From Pseudomonadota bacterium (lineage in GTDB: Bacteria; Pseudomonadota; Gammaproteobacteria; JAKAQQ01), in contig DAHVLZ010000012.1 in the NCBI GenBank assembly GCA_027320085.1, forward strand, positions 1 to 15,800: a stretch of DNA of 15,800 bases, in the 5' to 3' direction. The stretch's first letter is position 1, and each line of letters begins with the position of its first letter. Position numbers and translations under genes: made by a program. The notes under the pieces are model-generated. The model saw nothing but the letters and a program-made list of their open reading frames with translations, was not told the origin of the DNA and searched no databases. Of the stretch, positions 5,246 through 14,245 are shown in pieces.

Positions 5246-7921
5246 ATGAGAAAAGGCGCCCTCTGGATAGTCTGTGTTGCTTGGTTCCCATTATCCGCTT
5301 CAGCCATGGCGAGTCATGAAGCGAAAAATTTGGAAAGCGCTGCTCTTAAAGGTGATGCGACCAGTCTGAAACTGCTGGAGCGGGCGGCAAAGGTGGGCGA
5401 TGCCCATGCGCAAGACTGGTTGGGTGTTTATTTTAGGTCTAAACATCAGTACACCCAAAGCGTCTATTGGCTCCACAAGTCTGCGCTGCAGGGAGATGCG
5501 GGTGGAGAAACCCATCTGGGAAATAACTACGATTTCGGCCGGGGTGTCCCACGGAATTACACGAAGGCGATGTACTGGTACCGTAAGGCCGTGCTCCAGG
5601 GGAATGCGGATGCGGAATTCAACCTGGGAGTCAGCTACGATTTCGGCTGGGGTGTCCCGCAGGATTTCGCGAAGGCGGTGTACTGGTACCGCAGGGCTGC
5701 ACACCGGGGGATTGCGATTGCGGAAAACAACCTGGGAGGCAAGTACGAGTTCGGCCAGGGTGTCCCACGGGATTACGCGAAGGCGAAGGACTGGTACCTC
5801 AAGGCTGCAGTGCAAGGGTTTGCAGCTGCAAAATACAACTTGGGAGTCATCTATGATCTCGGCCAGGGTGTCCCGCGGAACTATGTGAAGGCTGATTACT
5901 GGTACCGCAAGGCTGCAGTGCAAGGGTTTGCAGCTGCGGAAATGAACCTGGGAGTTGGCTATTATTTCGGCCGTGGTATCCCGCAGGATTACGCGAAGGC
6001 GAAGGACTGGTACCGCAAGGCCGCAGTGCAGGGAAATGCAGCTGCGGAAAGCTACTTGGGAGCTATCTACTATTTCGGCCAGGGTGTCCCACGGAACTAT
6101 GCGAAAGCAGATTCCTGGTACCGCAAGGCTGCAGTGCATGGGTATGTTTATGCAGAAAACAACCTGGGAGTCAGCTATTACAGGGGCCAGGGTGTTCCGC
6201 AGAACTATGCGAAAGCAGATTCCTGGTACCGCAAGGCCGCAGTGCAAGGGTATGCGGATGCGGAAAACAACCTGGGATACAGCTACTACAGGGGCCAGGG
6301 TGTCCCGCGGAGTTATGTGAAGGCGGTGTACTGGTACCGCAAGGCCGTAGTGCAAGGGTATGCGGATGCGGAAAACAACCTGGGAGTCAGCTATCACAGG
6401 GGCGAGGGTATCCCCCAGGATTATGCGAAGGCGGTGTACTGGTACCGCAAGGCCGCAGTGCAAGGGTATGCGGCAGCGGAAATCCACCTGGGAGCCATCT
6501 ACTCTCTCGGCCAGGGTGTCCTGCGGAACTATGCAAAGGCTGATTACTGGTTTCACAAGGCCGCGCTCCAAGGGAGTGCGGCTGCGGAAAGCTCCTTGGG
6601 AGATGACTACTCTCTGGGCCAGGGTGTCCCGCGGAGTTATGTGAAGGCGGTGTACTGGTACCGCAAGGCCGCGCTCAAGGGGAATGCGTACGCGGAAAAC
6701 AACCTGGGAGCCAGCTATTACAGGGGCCAGGGTGTCCCGCGGAGTTATGCGAAGGCGGCCTACTGGTACCACAAGGCCACAGTGCACAGGTTGCTTTGGT
6801 ATGAGGTTGCGCTAATCCACCTGGGATCCAGTGACAATCACGCCCAGGGTATCCCCCAGGATTATGCGAAGGCGGTGTACTGGTACCGCAAGGCTGCACA
6901 ACAGGGGAATATGGCTGCGGAATACAAACTGGGACTCAGCTATCACAGGGGCCAGGGTGTTCCGCGGAGTTATGCGAAGGCGGTGTACTGGTTCCACAAG
7001 GCCGCACTCCAAAGGGATGCGCATGCGGAAAACCACTTGGGACTCAGCTATTACAGGGGCCAAGGTGTTCCGCGGAATGACGCGAAAGCGGCCTACTGGT
7101 ACCACAAGGCCACAGTGCCCGTAGTCTTGCTAATCCACCTGGGAGCCAGCGACGGTCACGGTCAGGCTGTTCCGCGGAGTGACGTGAAGGCGGTGTACGG
7201 GTACCGCAAGGCCGCGCTCCATGGGCTTGCGGCTGCAGAATACAAACTGGGAGATCTCTACTATCTCGGCTTGGGTGTCCCGCGGAACTACGAGGAGGCG
7301 GTGTACTGGTACCGCAAGGCCGCAGTACAGGGGTATGCGGATGCGGAATACAAACTGGGATACAGCTATGAGCACCGCCAGGGTGTGCCACAAACCCAAG
7401 CCGGATTGGGCATTTACTTTTTGCATTTGGAAAAGCGGGCGGCAGTAGCGGGGAATGCCAGTGCGCAAGCCATGTTGGGCATTTATTTTTCGACTAAACG
7501 ACACTACACCCGAAGTGTCTATTGGCTCCGCAAGTCAGCACTGCAGGGGGATGCGGGTGGAGAATCGGGCCTGGGAAACCGCTACAAATACGGGCAGGGT
7601 GTCCCCCAGGACTACGCGACGGCCGACTACTGGTACCGCAAGGCCGCAGTGCGGGGGGATGCGGAGGCTGAATTCAACCTGGGAGTCAGCTATGATGACG
7701 GCCAGGGTATTCCGCAGAATCACGCGAGGGCTGACTACTGGTACCGTAAGGCTGCACATCAAGGGTATGCGGCTGCGGAGTACAACCTAGGAAACAACTA
7801 CTACAAGGGGAAAGGGATCCCCCAGGACTCTGGGAGGGCGCTGTACTGGCTGAAAAAGGCCGAAGCGGAAGGCGTTTCCATAGCCGCCCGTCTTGTCAAC
7901 AAGATACAACACGGAGGATAA
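5246..7921 (+). CDS. Secreted Sel1-like repeat (SLR/TPR) protein, about 23 repeats
   Basis: Signal peptide (MRKGALWIVCVAWFPLSASAMA|S) followed by 36-aa repeats AxAExxLGxxYxxGxGVPxxYxKAxxWYRKAAxQG and a C-terminal capping helix. Confidence 0.95.
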   Translation: MRKGALWIVCVAWFPLSASAMASHEAKNLESAALKGDATSLKLLERAAKVGDAHAQDWLGVYFRSKHQYTQSVYWLHKSALQGDAGGETHLGNNYDFGRGVPRNYTKAMYWYRKAVLQGNADAEFNLGVSYDFGWGVPQDFAKAVYWYRRAAHRGIAIAENNLGGKYEFGQGVPRDYAKAKDWYLKAAVQGFAAAKYNLGVIYDLGQGVPRNYVKADYWYRKAAVQGFAAAEMNLGVGYYFGRGIPQDYAKAKDWYRKAAVQGNAAAESYLGAIYYFGQGVPRNYAKADSWYRKAAVHGYVYAENNLGVSYYRGQGVPQNYAKADSWYRKAAVQGYADAENNLGYSYYRGQGVPRSYVKAVYWYRKAVVQGYADAENNLGVSYHRGEGIPQDYAKAVYWYRKAAVQGYAAAEIHLGAIYSLGQGVLRNYAKADYWFHKAALQGSAAAESSLGDDYSLGQGVPRSYVKAVYWYRKAALKGNAYAENNLGASYYRGQGVPRSYAKAAYWYHKATVHRLLWYEVALIHLGSSDNHAQGIPQDYAKAVYWYRKAAQQGNMAAEYKLGLSYHRGQGVPRSYAKAVYWFHKAALQRDAHAENHLGLSYYRGQGVPRNDAKAAYWYHKATVPVVLLIHLGASDGHGQAVPRSDVKAVYGYRKAALHGLAAAEYKLGDLYYLGLGVPRNYEEAVYWYRKAAVQGYADAEYKLGYSYEHRQGVPQTQAGLGIYFLHLEKRAAVAGNASAQAMLGIYFSTKRHYTRSVYWLRKSALQGDAGGESGLGNRYKYGQGVPQDYATADYWYRKAAVRGDAEAEFNLGVSYDDGQGIPQNHARADYWYRKAAHQGYAAAEYNLGNNYYKGKGIPQDSGRALYWLKKAEAEGVSIAARLVNKIQHGG
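5495..7860 (+). repeat. Intragenic 108-nt tandem repeat array encoding the Sel1 units
   Basis: Near-identical DNA blocks such as TACTGGTACCGCAAGGCCGCAGTGCAAGGG and GGCCAGGGTGTCCCGCGGA recur with 108-nt period. The register is broken around 6785-6810, 7118-7130 and 7395-7500. Confidence 0.9.
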
Positions 7922-8164
7922 ACACGTGCCCGCGTTGCGGGGTTGCGACGCGCTATTCGCTGGGGGGCTGGTTTCCGCTGCTGACGAACTCAGCGGTGAG
8001 GCTCCTTATTCAACCCCCAAACCGTAAGCCCTGCCTGCTGTCCCATGACGAAAGCAAGTCCGGGCGTTCGTGTCTCTGCCTGAGATCCGCTGTGCCCAAA
8101 GCAGGCGGTAGCAACCGGCTGGCCGGTGAGCTTGATCACTCGAATGTCGCAACGTCAATCCCAG

Positions 8165-11100
8165 TCAGGGATCCCACGATCCCGCGATCGCCACCGGGAG
8201 CGAGACCGTCCGGACCCGGTAGACTCTCCGACCCGATCGCCGCCAGATCCGGAGCAGGGTCCCGCCGGCTCCATCGCTGACGTAGATCGAGCGGCCCCGG
8301 GCACCCAGCACGACATCGAAGGGGCCCACTCCGGCCGGTATCGGTCGCAGCGCGCGTCCGGGGTGGGTCACGATCGGGGTGATACTGTTTGTGGCGTAGT
8401 CCGGAACGTAGAGCATCCGGCCGGATCTGGAAAGGGCTGGGGTGCCCGGCATGAGTCCGGCGGGGATGGCCGGGAGAATCCGGCGGTGGGCCAGATCAAG
8501 AGGAACCACGAGATCCCGGGTGGATTCGACCACGTAGAGGCGGTGGCCCTTCGGGGAGAGCGCGAGAGCTGCGGGTGATCCCCCGACCGGAATGGGCGCC
8601 TCCGCCTTCCGGGTGGTGGTCAGGATCGGCAGGATGTCTTCTGTCCCCCCATCGGCGACGTAGAGGTGGGCGCCATGCGGACCGAGCGCGAGAGCATCGG
8701 GGCCGGCGCCGGTTGGGATCGGTGTTTCGGGTCTCAGGGTGTTGAGATTGAACGGCTCGACCGTATTCCCCCCACTGTTGGCCACCCAGAGGATCGACTG
8801 GCGGGGATCGACCAGGAGTGCCGAGGGACTCGCCCCGGTCGAGAGCGTCGCCGTGACTTTCTGGCTCCGGGTATCAATGACCGAAAGGGTGTTCGACCCC
8901 GAGTTTGCGACGAAGAGCCGGCGTCCCTGCGGGCCGAAGACCGCGGCATCCGGATTGTTGCCGACCGCGATCTCGGGTCCTGATGCCCCGTCTTCCGGAT
9001 CGATTGCGACCACGCGATTGTCGGCATTGCCCATGCTGTAGAGGAGGGGCAGGGGCGAGGTGGGATGGGTGGCGATGCGGAGCGGGATCACGAGCGTGGG
9101 CAGGATCGCTCCACCGGATGTTTGTGCCCGGACCTTGAGGTCGTAGTAGCCCGCGCGGAGCCGTTTCGGGATCCTGACGGTGAGCCGGACGGTCCGATGG
9201 CCTCCCGCTGGGAGCAGGATCCGGCCGTGGACGGTTTTGGCACTCAAACCGTGCGGGAGGACGAGGTGCCAACGGAGCATCGTGCGCCGTCTGGCCTCAT
9301 GTCCCAGGAAGCGGAACGCGACGGTCGCGGTTGTCCCCGGGCGCAGCGGGTATTGGTGTCGGAGGGAAGTCAGACGAACCGTGGTTGAGGGCGGGAAATG
9401 AAGAGGGCCTGCCGGAAAGGAGGGTGGGGCATCCGCTGGCGCGCTGCCCCATTGCCGGTCCGGGCGGGAGCGCAGCGCGAAGCGCAGGGTGAGCCGTCCG
9501 GTCGCCGGAAGAGCGAGCCAGGTGCGCGAGTCGGGCTGTCCGTTGATCGTGAGCGCATGGACATAGGGCCGGTTGGGGGCAGCCGCCGGAGCGTCCACCG
9601 TGATCCAGAGTCCCCCAGGCGAGTCCAGCCGGACCTCGCGGAACAGGGGACTGCCGATGTCGAGATCACGCACGGAGGGATTTTGCGGGTAGAGGCCGAT
9701 TGCACTCCACACATACCAGGCACTCATGGTGCCCAAGTCGTCGTTGCCAGGCAGCCCGGCCGGAGTCGGCAGGTACAGGGTGGTGAGCGCCCGGCGCAGG
9801 ACAGCCTGGGTCCGCCAGGGGGCTCCGTCCGAAAGATAGACCCAGGGACTGCCGATGGTCGGCTCATTGCCGAGCCAGGCGAAAGGTTCGCTCTGGCCGG
9901 CATTGAGGTGCGTGAAGAAGCGGTTGAGGAGACGGCGGGTGGCCAGCCGGCCGCCCAGTCCCCGGATCAGGCCGGCCAGATCCTGGGGCACCATCCAGGT
10001 GTACTGGATCGCGTTGCCCTCCTGGAAGCCGCTCTGGCCGTTCGCTGTCAGCGGCGTGTCGAGGAAAGCCCCTCGGCGATTTCGGGGCAGGATTTCATGT
10101 GCCGAAGTATCGAGGAGATGGGTCCAGTTCATCGAACGCTGAAGGAAGCGCTTCGCGAGTGCCTGCTCACCGAGAGCGTGTGCCAGCTGGGCGATCGAGA
10201 AGTCATCCAGCGAGTATTCCAGGGTTTCCGAGGCGCCGTTCGGCACCGGGGCCACCGAGGTGGTGAGGTTGTGGGCGACGTAGCCATGCTCGAGGTAGAA
10301 GGAAAGTCCCGGCCGTTCCACGTACCAGCCCTGACCGGGTCTGCCGTGGGTCCAGGTGGCTCCGCGAACCATGAAGTGCAAGGCCTCTCGCGCGTTGAAC
10401 TGGTGCGCCCCGAAGGCATAGGCACCCGCCAGGATCGCATCCGCCGAGTCTCCGCCCATGACTCCCGTATAGCCGTTCGCGAGCGGCCATTTGGGCAGCC
10501 AGCCGCCCTGGGCGGCATCGCGGACGAGTGACTGCATCATCTCGCTCGTCCGACGGGGAACCAGGAGGGCGAGCAGGGGGATTTCCGTGCGGTAAATGTC
10601 CCAGCCGGAGAAGTTGGCGTACTGTGCCCCGCCCCGGGGGAGCTTGTGGATCCGGCCATCAAAGCCGATATAGCGGCCCGTGACGTCGCTGAAAAGGGTG
10701 GGTTGAAGAAGCACGTGATAAAGCGCCGAGTAGAAGGTCACCCGCTCCCGCTTCGTGCCGCCCTGGATCCGGATTCGGCCGAGCAGCCGGGCCCAGGCCT
10801 GTTCGGCCGCATGCCGAACCCGGGCGAGGCTCCAGGTCCGCGCCCCGGCCCTGAGGTTGGCCAAGGCCCCCTGGATGCTGACATAGGAGATCGCGACCTG
10901 GACCTTGACTGACTGAGAGCTTTTGCCGGGGAAGCTGACCCAGCCACCCGAACCCACCCCGTGGACACTTCGTGCGCCGGGATGGATCCGGTTCTTGGAC
11001 CAGGTGCCGCTGTGCCGGATGGGTCGGTTGAAACGGGCCACGAAATAGACCGTGAACCGGTCCGGCAGGCCACAGAAGTCGCCGCTCGTTGCGGATCCGG

Positions 11101-11737
11101 CCACTTCCCGCCGGTTCAAAACCCGGAAACGCGCAGCGCTGACCCCTGCCTGGTCCGAGGAGACTTTGAAAAGAAGGTGCGGGGAGCTGCCCGCGGGATA
11201 GGTGAAGCGGCCGAGCCCGGTGCGGCGGGTGACCGTGACTTGGGCCCGGATCGCCGGCTGCCCCAGGCTCACCGCGTACCAGCCGGGATGGGCCTCTTCG
11301 GTCGCATGGGAGAAGACCTCCGACTGCGACCAGGGCTTGGTAACGGGTCCGGTGGTCGGAAGGATGTCGAAGTCAGCCATCACCGAGCAGCCCGGCCCGC
11401 TCAGGTGCGTCAATCCGAAACCGAGGATCTGGTGGTCGGGGTAGTTGTATCCCCCACCCGCCGGTTCCGAGGGTGTGTCCGGACTCCACTGGATCATGCC
11501 GAAGGGCCGGCTTGCGCCGGGATAGGTGTCGATCGCTCCACCTTGAGGGGTTCCCGATGTGCCGACGAAGGGATCGACGAGCCTGTAGGCGGTCGGTCCC
11601 GTGGAGAGGCGGGCAGCGCGGGGCTGTGCCCCGGCGGTCGCCGTCGGGCCATGGGCCACGACGAGGAAGAGCGCTCCAAGGAGTGCCACGGAGAACTCAC
11701 GGCGGTGGGAATGCGGCGGGCGAATGCGGTCTTTCAT
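8165..11737 (-). CDS. GH92 alpha-mannosidase with C-terminal Ig-like (NEW3-like) domain and YVTN-type beta-propeller
   Basis: GH92 motifs VDPFVGT, PGASRPFGMIQWSPDT, FSGWDIYR, SETLEY, FQEGN (general acid), GNEP and PGNDDLGTMSAW (Ca-binding/base Asp). Seven ~42-aa LYVANxGxNTxxxID-type repeats at the C-terminus. N-terminal signal peptide with HRREF. Confidence 0.93.
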   Translation of the reverse strand: MKDRIRPPHSHRREFSVALLGALFLVVAHGPTATAGAQPRAARLSTGPTAYRLVDPFVGTSGTPQGGAIDTYPGASRPFGMIQWSPDTPSEPAGGGYNYPDHQILGFGLTHLSGPGCSVMADFDILPTTGPVTKPWSQSEVFSHATEEAHPGWYAVSLGQPAIRAQVTVTRRTGLGRFTYPAGSSPHLLFKVSSDQAGVSAARFRVLNRREVAGSATSGDFCGLPDRFTVYFVARFNRPIRHSGTWSKNRIHPGARSVHGVGSGGWVSFPGKSSQSVKVQVAISYVSIQGALANLRAGARTWSLARVRHAAEQAWARLLGRIRIQGGTKRERVTFYSALYHVLLQPTLFSDVTGRYIGFDGRIHKLPRGGAQYANFSGWDIYRTEIPLLALLVPRRTSEMMQSLVRDAAQGGWLPKWPLANGYTGVMGGDSADAILAGAYAFGAHQFNAREALHFMVRGATWTHGRPGQGWYVERPGLSFYLEHGYVAHNLTTSVAPVPNGASETLEYSLDDFSIAQLAHALGEQALAKRFLQRSMNWTHLLDTSAHEILPRNRRGAFLDTPLTANGQSGFQEGNAIQYTWMVPQDLAGLIRGLGGRLATRRLLNRFFTHLNAGQSEPFAWLGNEPTIGSPWVYLSDGAPWRTQAVLRRALTTLYLPTPAGLPGNDDLGTMSAWYVWSAIGLYPQNPSVRDLDIGSPLFREVRLDSPGGLWITVDAPAAAPNRPYVHALTINGQPDSRTWLALPATGRLTLRFALRSRPDRQWGSAPADAPPSFPAGPLHFPPSTTVRLTSLRHQYPLRPGTTATVAFRFLGHEARRRTMLRWHLVLPHGLSAKTVHGRILLPAGGHRTVRLTVRIPKRLRAGYYDLKVRAQTSGGAILPTLVIPLRIATHPTSPLPLLYSMGNADNRVVAIDPEDGASGPEIAVGNNPDAAVFGPQGRRLFVANSGSNTLSVIDTRSQKVTATLSTGASPSALLVDPRQSILWVANSGGNTVEPFNLNTLRPETPIPTGAGPDALALGPHGAHLYVADGGTEDILPILTTTRKAEAPIPVGGSPAALALSPKGHRLYVVESTRDLVVPLDLAHRRILPAIPAGLMPGTPALSRSGRMLYVPDYATNSITPIVTHPGRALRPIPAGVGPFDVVLGARGRSIYVSDGAGGTLLRIWRRSGRRVYRVRTVSLPVAIAGSWDP

Positions 11738-11886
11738 GGTGAACCCTCAACGGAGCGGATCAAACACGGCGACGGCCCGACTCCCCGCGGCTCCCGTCAG
11801 GGCAAAACACCCGCATCCCACCGGGATCCTGGAGAGTGTAACGCCAAACGTGAGGACTTGGGGATGGTCCCGATGGGCGGGCTGCC

Positions 11887-13275
11887 GTGCCTGAAAAAAT
11901 CACCGGACCGGGGTATCTTGTCGGTGTTCCACCCGACGGATCTCCTGTGGCGAATGTCTCACGCCAGCCCAGCCGTGCCGCCGTGATCAGCGCCCGTCAG
12001 GCCATGGTCTTCCTCACCGTGATTTTTTTCATGTGGGGTTTCATCACGAGTCTCAACGACATCCTGATTCCCCACCTCAAATCCCTTTTCAACCTCGACT
12101 ACGTCGGCATCATGCTGATCCAGTTCACCTTCTTCGGGGCCTATTTCGTGATGTCGCTCCCCTCGAGCTGGATCGTGGGCCGATTGGGTTACCCCGCGAG
12201 CATGGGCTTGGGGCTGGCGCTCTCGGCGCTCGGGGCCGTGCTCTTCGAGCCGGCCGCCCTCTGGGTCTCCTATCCCTGCTTCCTCGCGGCGCTCTTCATC
12301 CTGGCGAGCGGGATCACGCTGCTCCAGGTCGCGGCCAATCCCTATGTGACCCTCCTCGGGCCACCCGCCGGCGGGGCGAGCCGTCTCAATCTGGCCCAGG
12401 CCCTGAATTCGCTCGGCACCACGCTGGGTCCGGTCATCGGCGGGGCCCTCATCCTCGCGGTTCCGACCGTGGCCCCGGCGCTCCGTGCCCATTGGCCCGC
12501 AGTCCTCGAGCAAGCCTACCGTCTCAAGCAGTCCGCCCTGGTCGAGGGACCCTACCTGGGATTGGGCTTGCTGCTCGCCCTCCTCGCGGGATGCGTGTTC
12601 CTGCTCCGGCTGCCGGCCCTCTCCGAGGCCCTGAGCCCCCGTCTGCCCGTGGGTCTTCTCCATGAGGCGTTCCAGGACCTGCCCCGTTACCGTCATCTCC
12701 TCTGGGGGATGGTCGGGATCTTCCTCTATGTCGGCGCGGAGGTCACGATCGGGAGTTTCATGATCAGCTACATCACGCACCGGCGCTACGGCGACATTCC
12801 AGTGAACCGGGCGGCAATCTTCGTCTCGCTCTACTGGATGGGTGCCATGGTCGGACGCTTTATCGGTTCGGGGATCCTGCGCCGCCTGGATGCCGGGCGG
12901 CTGCTCGGGCTCTGCGCCATCGTCAATGCGCTTCTGGTTTCAGTCACCCTCATGGCCCACGGGGATCTCGCGGTCGTGAGCATCGTCGCGACCGGGCTTT
13001 TCAACTCGATCATGTTCCCGAACATTTTCGCCCTGGCGATCGCCGATCTCGGGCCCCGGACCGCCGAGGCGTCCGGGCTGCTCGTCATGGCCATCGTGGG
13101 AGGCGCCGTGATTCCCCTGGCACAGGGCTTCCTGGCGGACCGGATCGGTATCCATCACGCCTACCTTCTGCCTTTGGCCTGCTATCTCTATCTCGTCTTT
13201 TATGGTTTCCGGGGATCCCGCGTGACCGTCCCGGAATCGGCCCTGCCGCTTCCCCGAGGCTTCCCCGGTGGCTAG
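11887..13275 (+). CDS. FucP/GluP-family MFS sugar:H+ symporter, probably mannose uptake (true start may be GTG 11947)
   Basis: Family motifs FFMWGFITSLNDILIPHLK, QFTFFGAYF, LLQVAANPYV, RLNLAQALNSLGT, FLYVGAEV, NSIMFP and MAIVGGAVIP, with about 12 hydrophobic segments. Confidence 0.93.
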   Translation: MPEKITGPGYLVGVPPDGSPVANVSRQPSRAAVISARQAMVFLTVIFFMWGFITSLNDILIPHLKSLFNLDYVGIMLIQFTFFGAYFVMSLPSSWIVGRLGYPASMGLGLALSALGAVLFEPAALWVSYPCFLAALFILASGITLLQVAANPYVTLLGPPAGGASRLNLAQALNSLGTTLGPVIGGALILAVPTVAPALRAHWPAVLEQAYRLKQSALVEGPYLGLGLLLALLAGCVFLLRLPALSEALSPRLPVGLLHEAFQDLPRYRHLLWGMVGIFLYVGAEVTIGSFMISYITHRRYGDIPVNRAAIFVSLYWMGAMVGRFIGSGILRRLDAGRLLGLCAIVNALLVSVTLMAHGDLAVVSIVATGLFNSIMFPNIFALAIADLGPRTAEASGLLVMAIVGGAVIPLAQGFLADRIGIHHAYLLPLACYLYLVFYGFRGSRVTVPESALPLPRGFPGG

Positions 13276-14245
13276 GGTCGTCTCCTTTGGCGAGGCCCTG
13301 ATCGATTTCGTCTCCGAACCCCAGGCGAATGGCGCCCCCCCCGCCTTCCGCCAGCACGCCGGGGGCGCGCCCGCCAATGTGGCGGTTGCCGTCTCCCGCC
13401 TGGGCGGTCAGGCGAGTTTCGTGGGAGGCCTGGCCACCGACCCCTTCGGGGACTTTCTCCTGGAATCCCTGAACCGGGCCGGGGTCGGGACGGGGGGCGT
13501 GGTCCGCATGCCCCGCGCGAGAACGGCTTTGGCTTTCGTGTTCCTGGATGCCTCCGGAGAGCGGAGTTTCCGTTTCTATCCGGACGCGGCCGCCCATCTG
13601 GCTTTCCGCCCCGGTGATTTCAGGGAGGCGGATTTTGGTCCCGGGATTGTCTTCCACGCGGGATCCAACACCCTCACGGATCCCGACAGTGCCGAGACCA
13701 CCCTCCTCGCCCTCGATCGGGCCGGGCGGGCTGGATCGGTGCTCAGCTTCGATCTCAACTTGCGGCTCCCCCTCTGGCCACCGGGTCGTGATCCCCGGGA
13801 TCCCGTCTGGCAGGCACTCGAGCGGGTGCATCTCGTCAAGTTGTCGCGGGAGGAACTCGACTGGCTGGCGCGGACGGAAGGCGGCGGGGCTCGCGTGATC
13901 AGGCGGCTCAAGGACGGGGAGGCTCGTCTCATCGTGGTGACGGACGGTCCCCGGCCGCTCTCTTATTTCACGCCGGAATCCGCGGGCGAGATCCCGGCCT
14001 GGACCGTGCCGGCGCGGGATACGACCGCGGCCGGAGATGCTTTCTGGGGCGGCTTCCTCTGTGCGCTCGTCCGGCAGGAAAAGCCCGGGAGCCCACTTGC
14101 GGCGTGGTTGTCCGAGCGCCGGATGCTCGAGGGGGCGCTTCGTTTTGCCGCAGCCGCAGGTGCGTTCGCGGTGACCCGGGCGGGCGCGTTCGAGGCCATG
14201 CCGCATCGGGGGGAGGTCGAGGACTTCCTCGCCAGCCGCGCGTGA
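13268..14245 (+). CDS. PfkB-family carbohydrate kinase (fructokinase-like)
   Basis: FGEALIDF, AGGAPANVAVAVSRLG, FDLNLRLPLW, VKLSREE and DTTAAGDAF signatures. The start overlaps the transporter stop by 8 nt. Confidence 0.93.
   Translation: MARVVSFGEALIDFVSEPQANGAPPAFRQHAGGAPANVAVAVSRLGGQASFVGGLATDPFGDFLLESLNRAGVGTGGVVRMPRARTALAFVFLDASGERSFRFYPDAAAHLAFRPGDFREADFGPGIVFHAGSNTLTDPDSAETTLLALDRAGRAGSVLSFDLNLRLPLWPPGRDPRDPVWQALERVHLVKLSREELDWLARTEGGGARVIRRLKDGEARLIVVTDGPRPLSYFTPESAGEIPAWTVPARDTTAAGDAFWGGFLCALVRQEKPGSPLAAWLSERRMLEGALRFAAAAGAFAVTRAGAFEAMPHRGEVEDFLASRA

Noticed and set aside
5300-6787. 495-aa antisense ORF and other alternative-frame ORFs over the Sel1 gene
   Set aside because: Shadow of the 108-nt repeat: a stop-free unit repeated gives long open frames. 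No RBS or protein-like features.
5495-7860. Regularly spaced DNA repeats as a possible CRISPR array
   Set aside because: The period is 108 nt, the whole unit is homologous with no unique spacers, it encodes in-frame Sel1 repeats, and no cas genes are present.
5246-7921. Diversity-generating retroelement target
   Set aside because: No reverse transcriptase or separate template repeat in the window, and the variation is not confined to adenine positions.
7981-8055. Hammerhead-like CTGACGA followed by a small hairpin and a later CGAAA
   Set aside because: GAAA does not follow stem II directly and I could not build stems I and III.
7942-8154. 8-bp inverted repeat GTTGCGAC/GTCGCAAC flanking the convergent intergenic region
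   Set aside because: Too short to exceed chance in GC-rich DNA, with no target duplication or internal element features.
11836-11856. Possible LacI-type operator (GTGTAACGCCAAACG) in the divergent promoter region
   Set aside because: It lacks convincing palindromic symmetry and cannot be supported without comparative data.
14104-14241. N-terminal extension of the isomerase given by the ORF track
   Set aside because: It overlaps the kinase. GTG 14242 coupled to the kinase stop gives a family-typical N-terminus.
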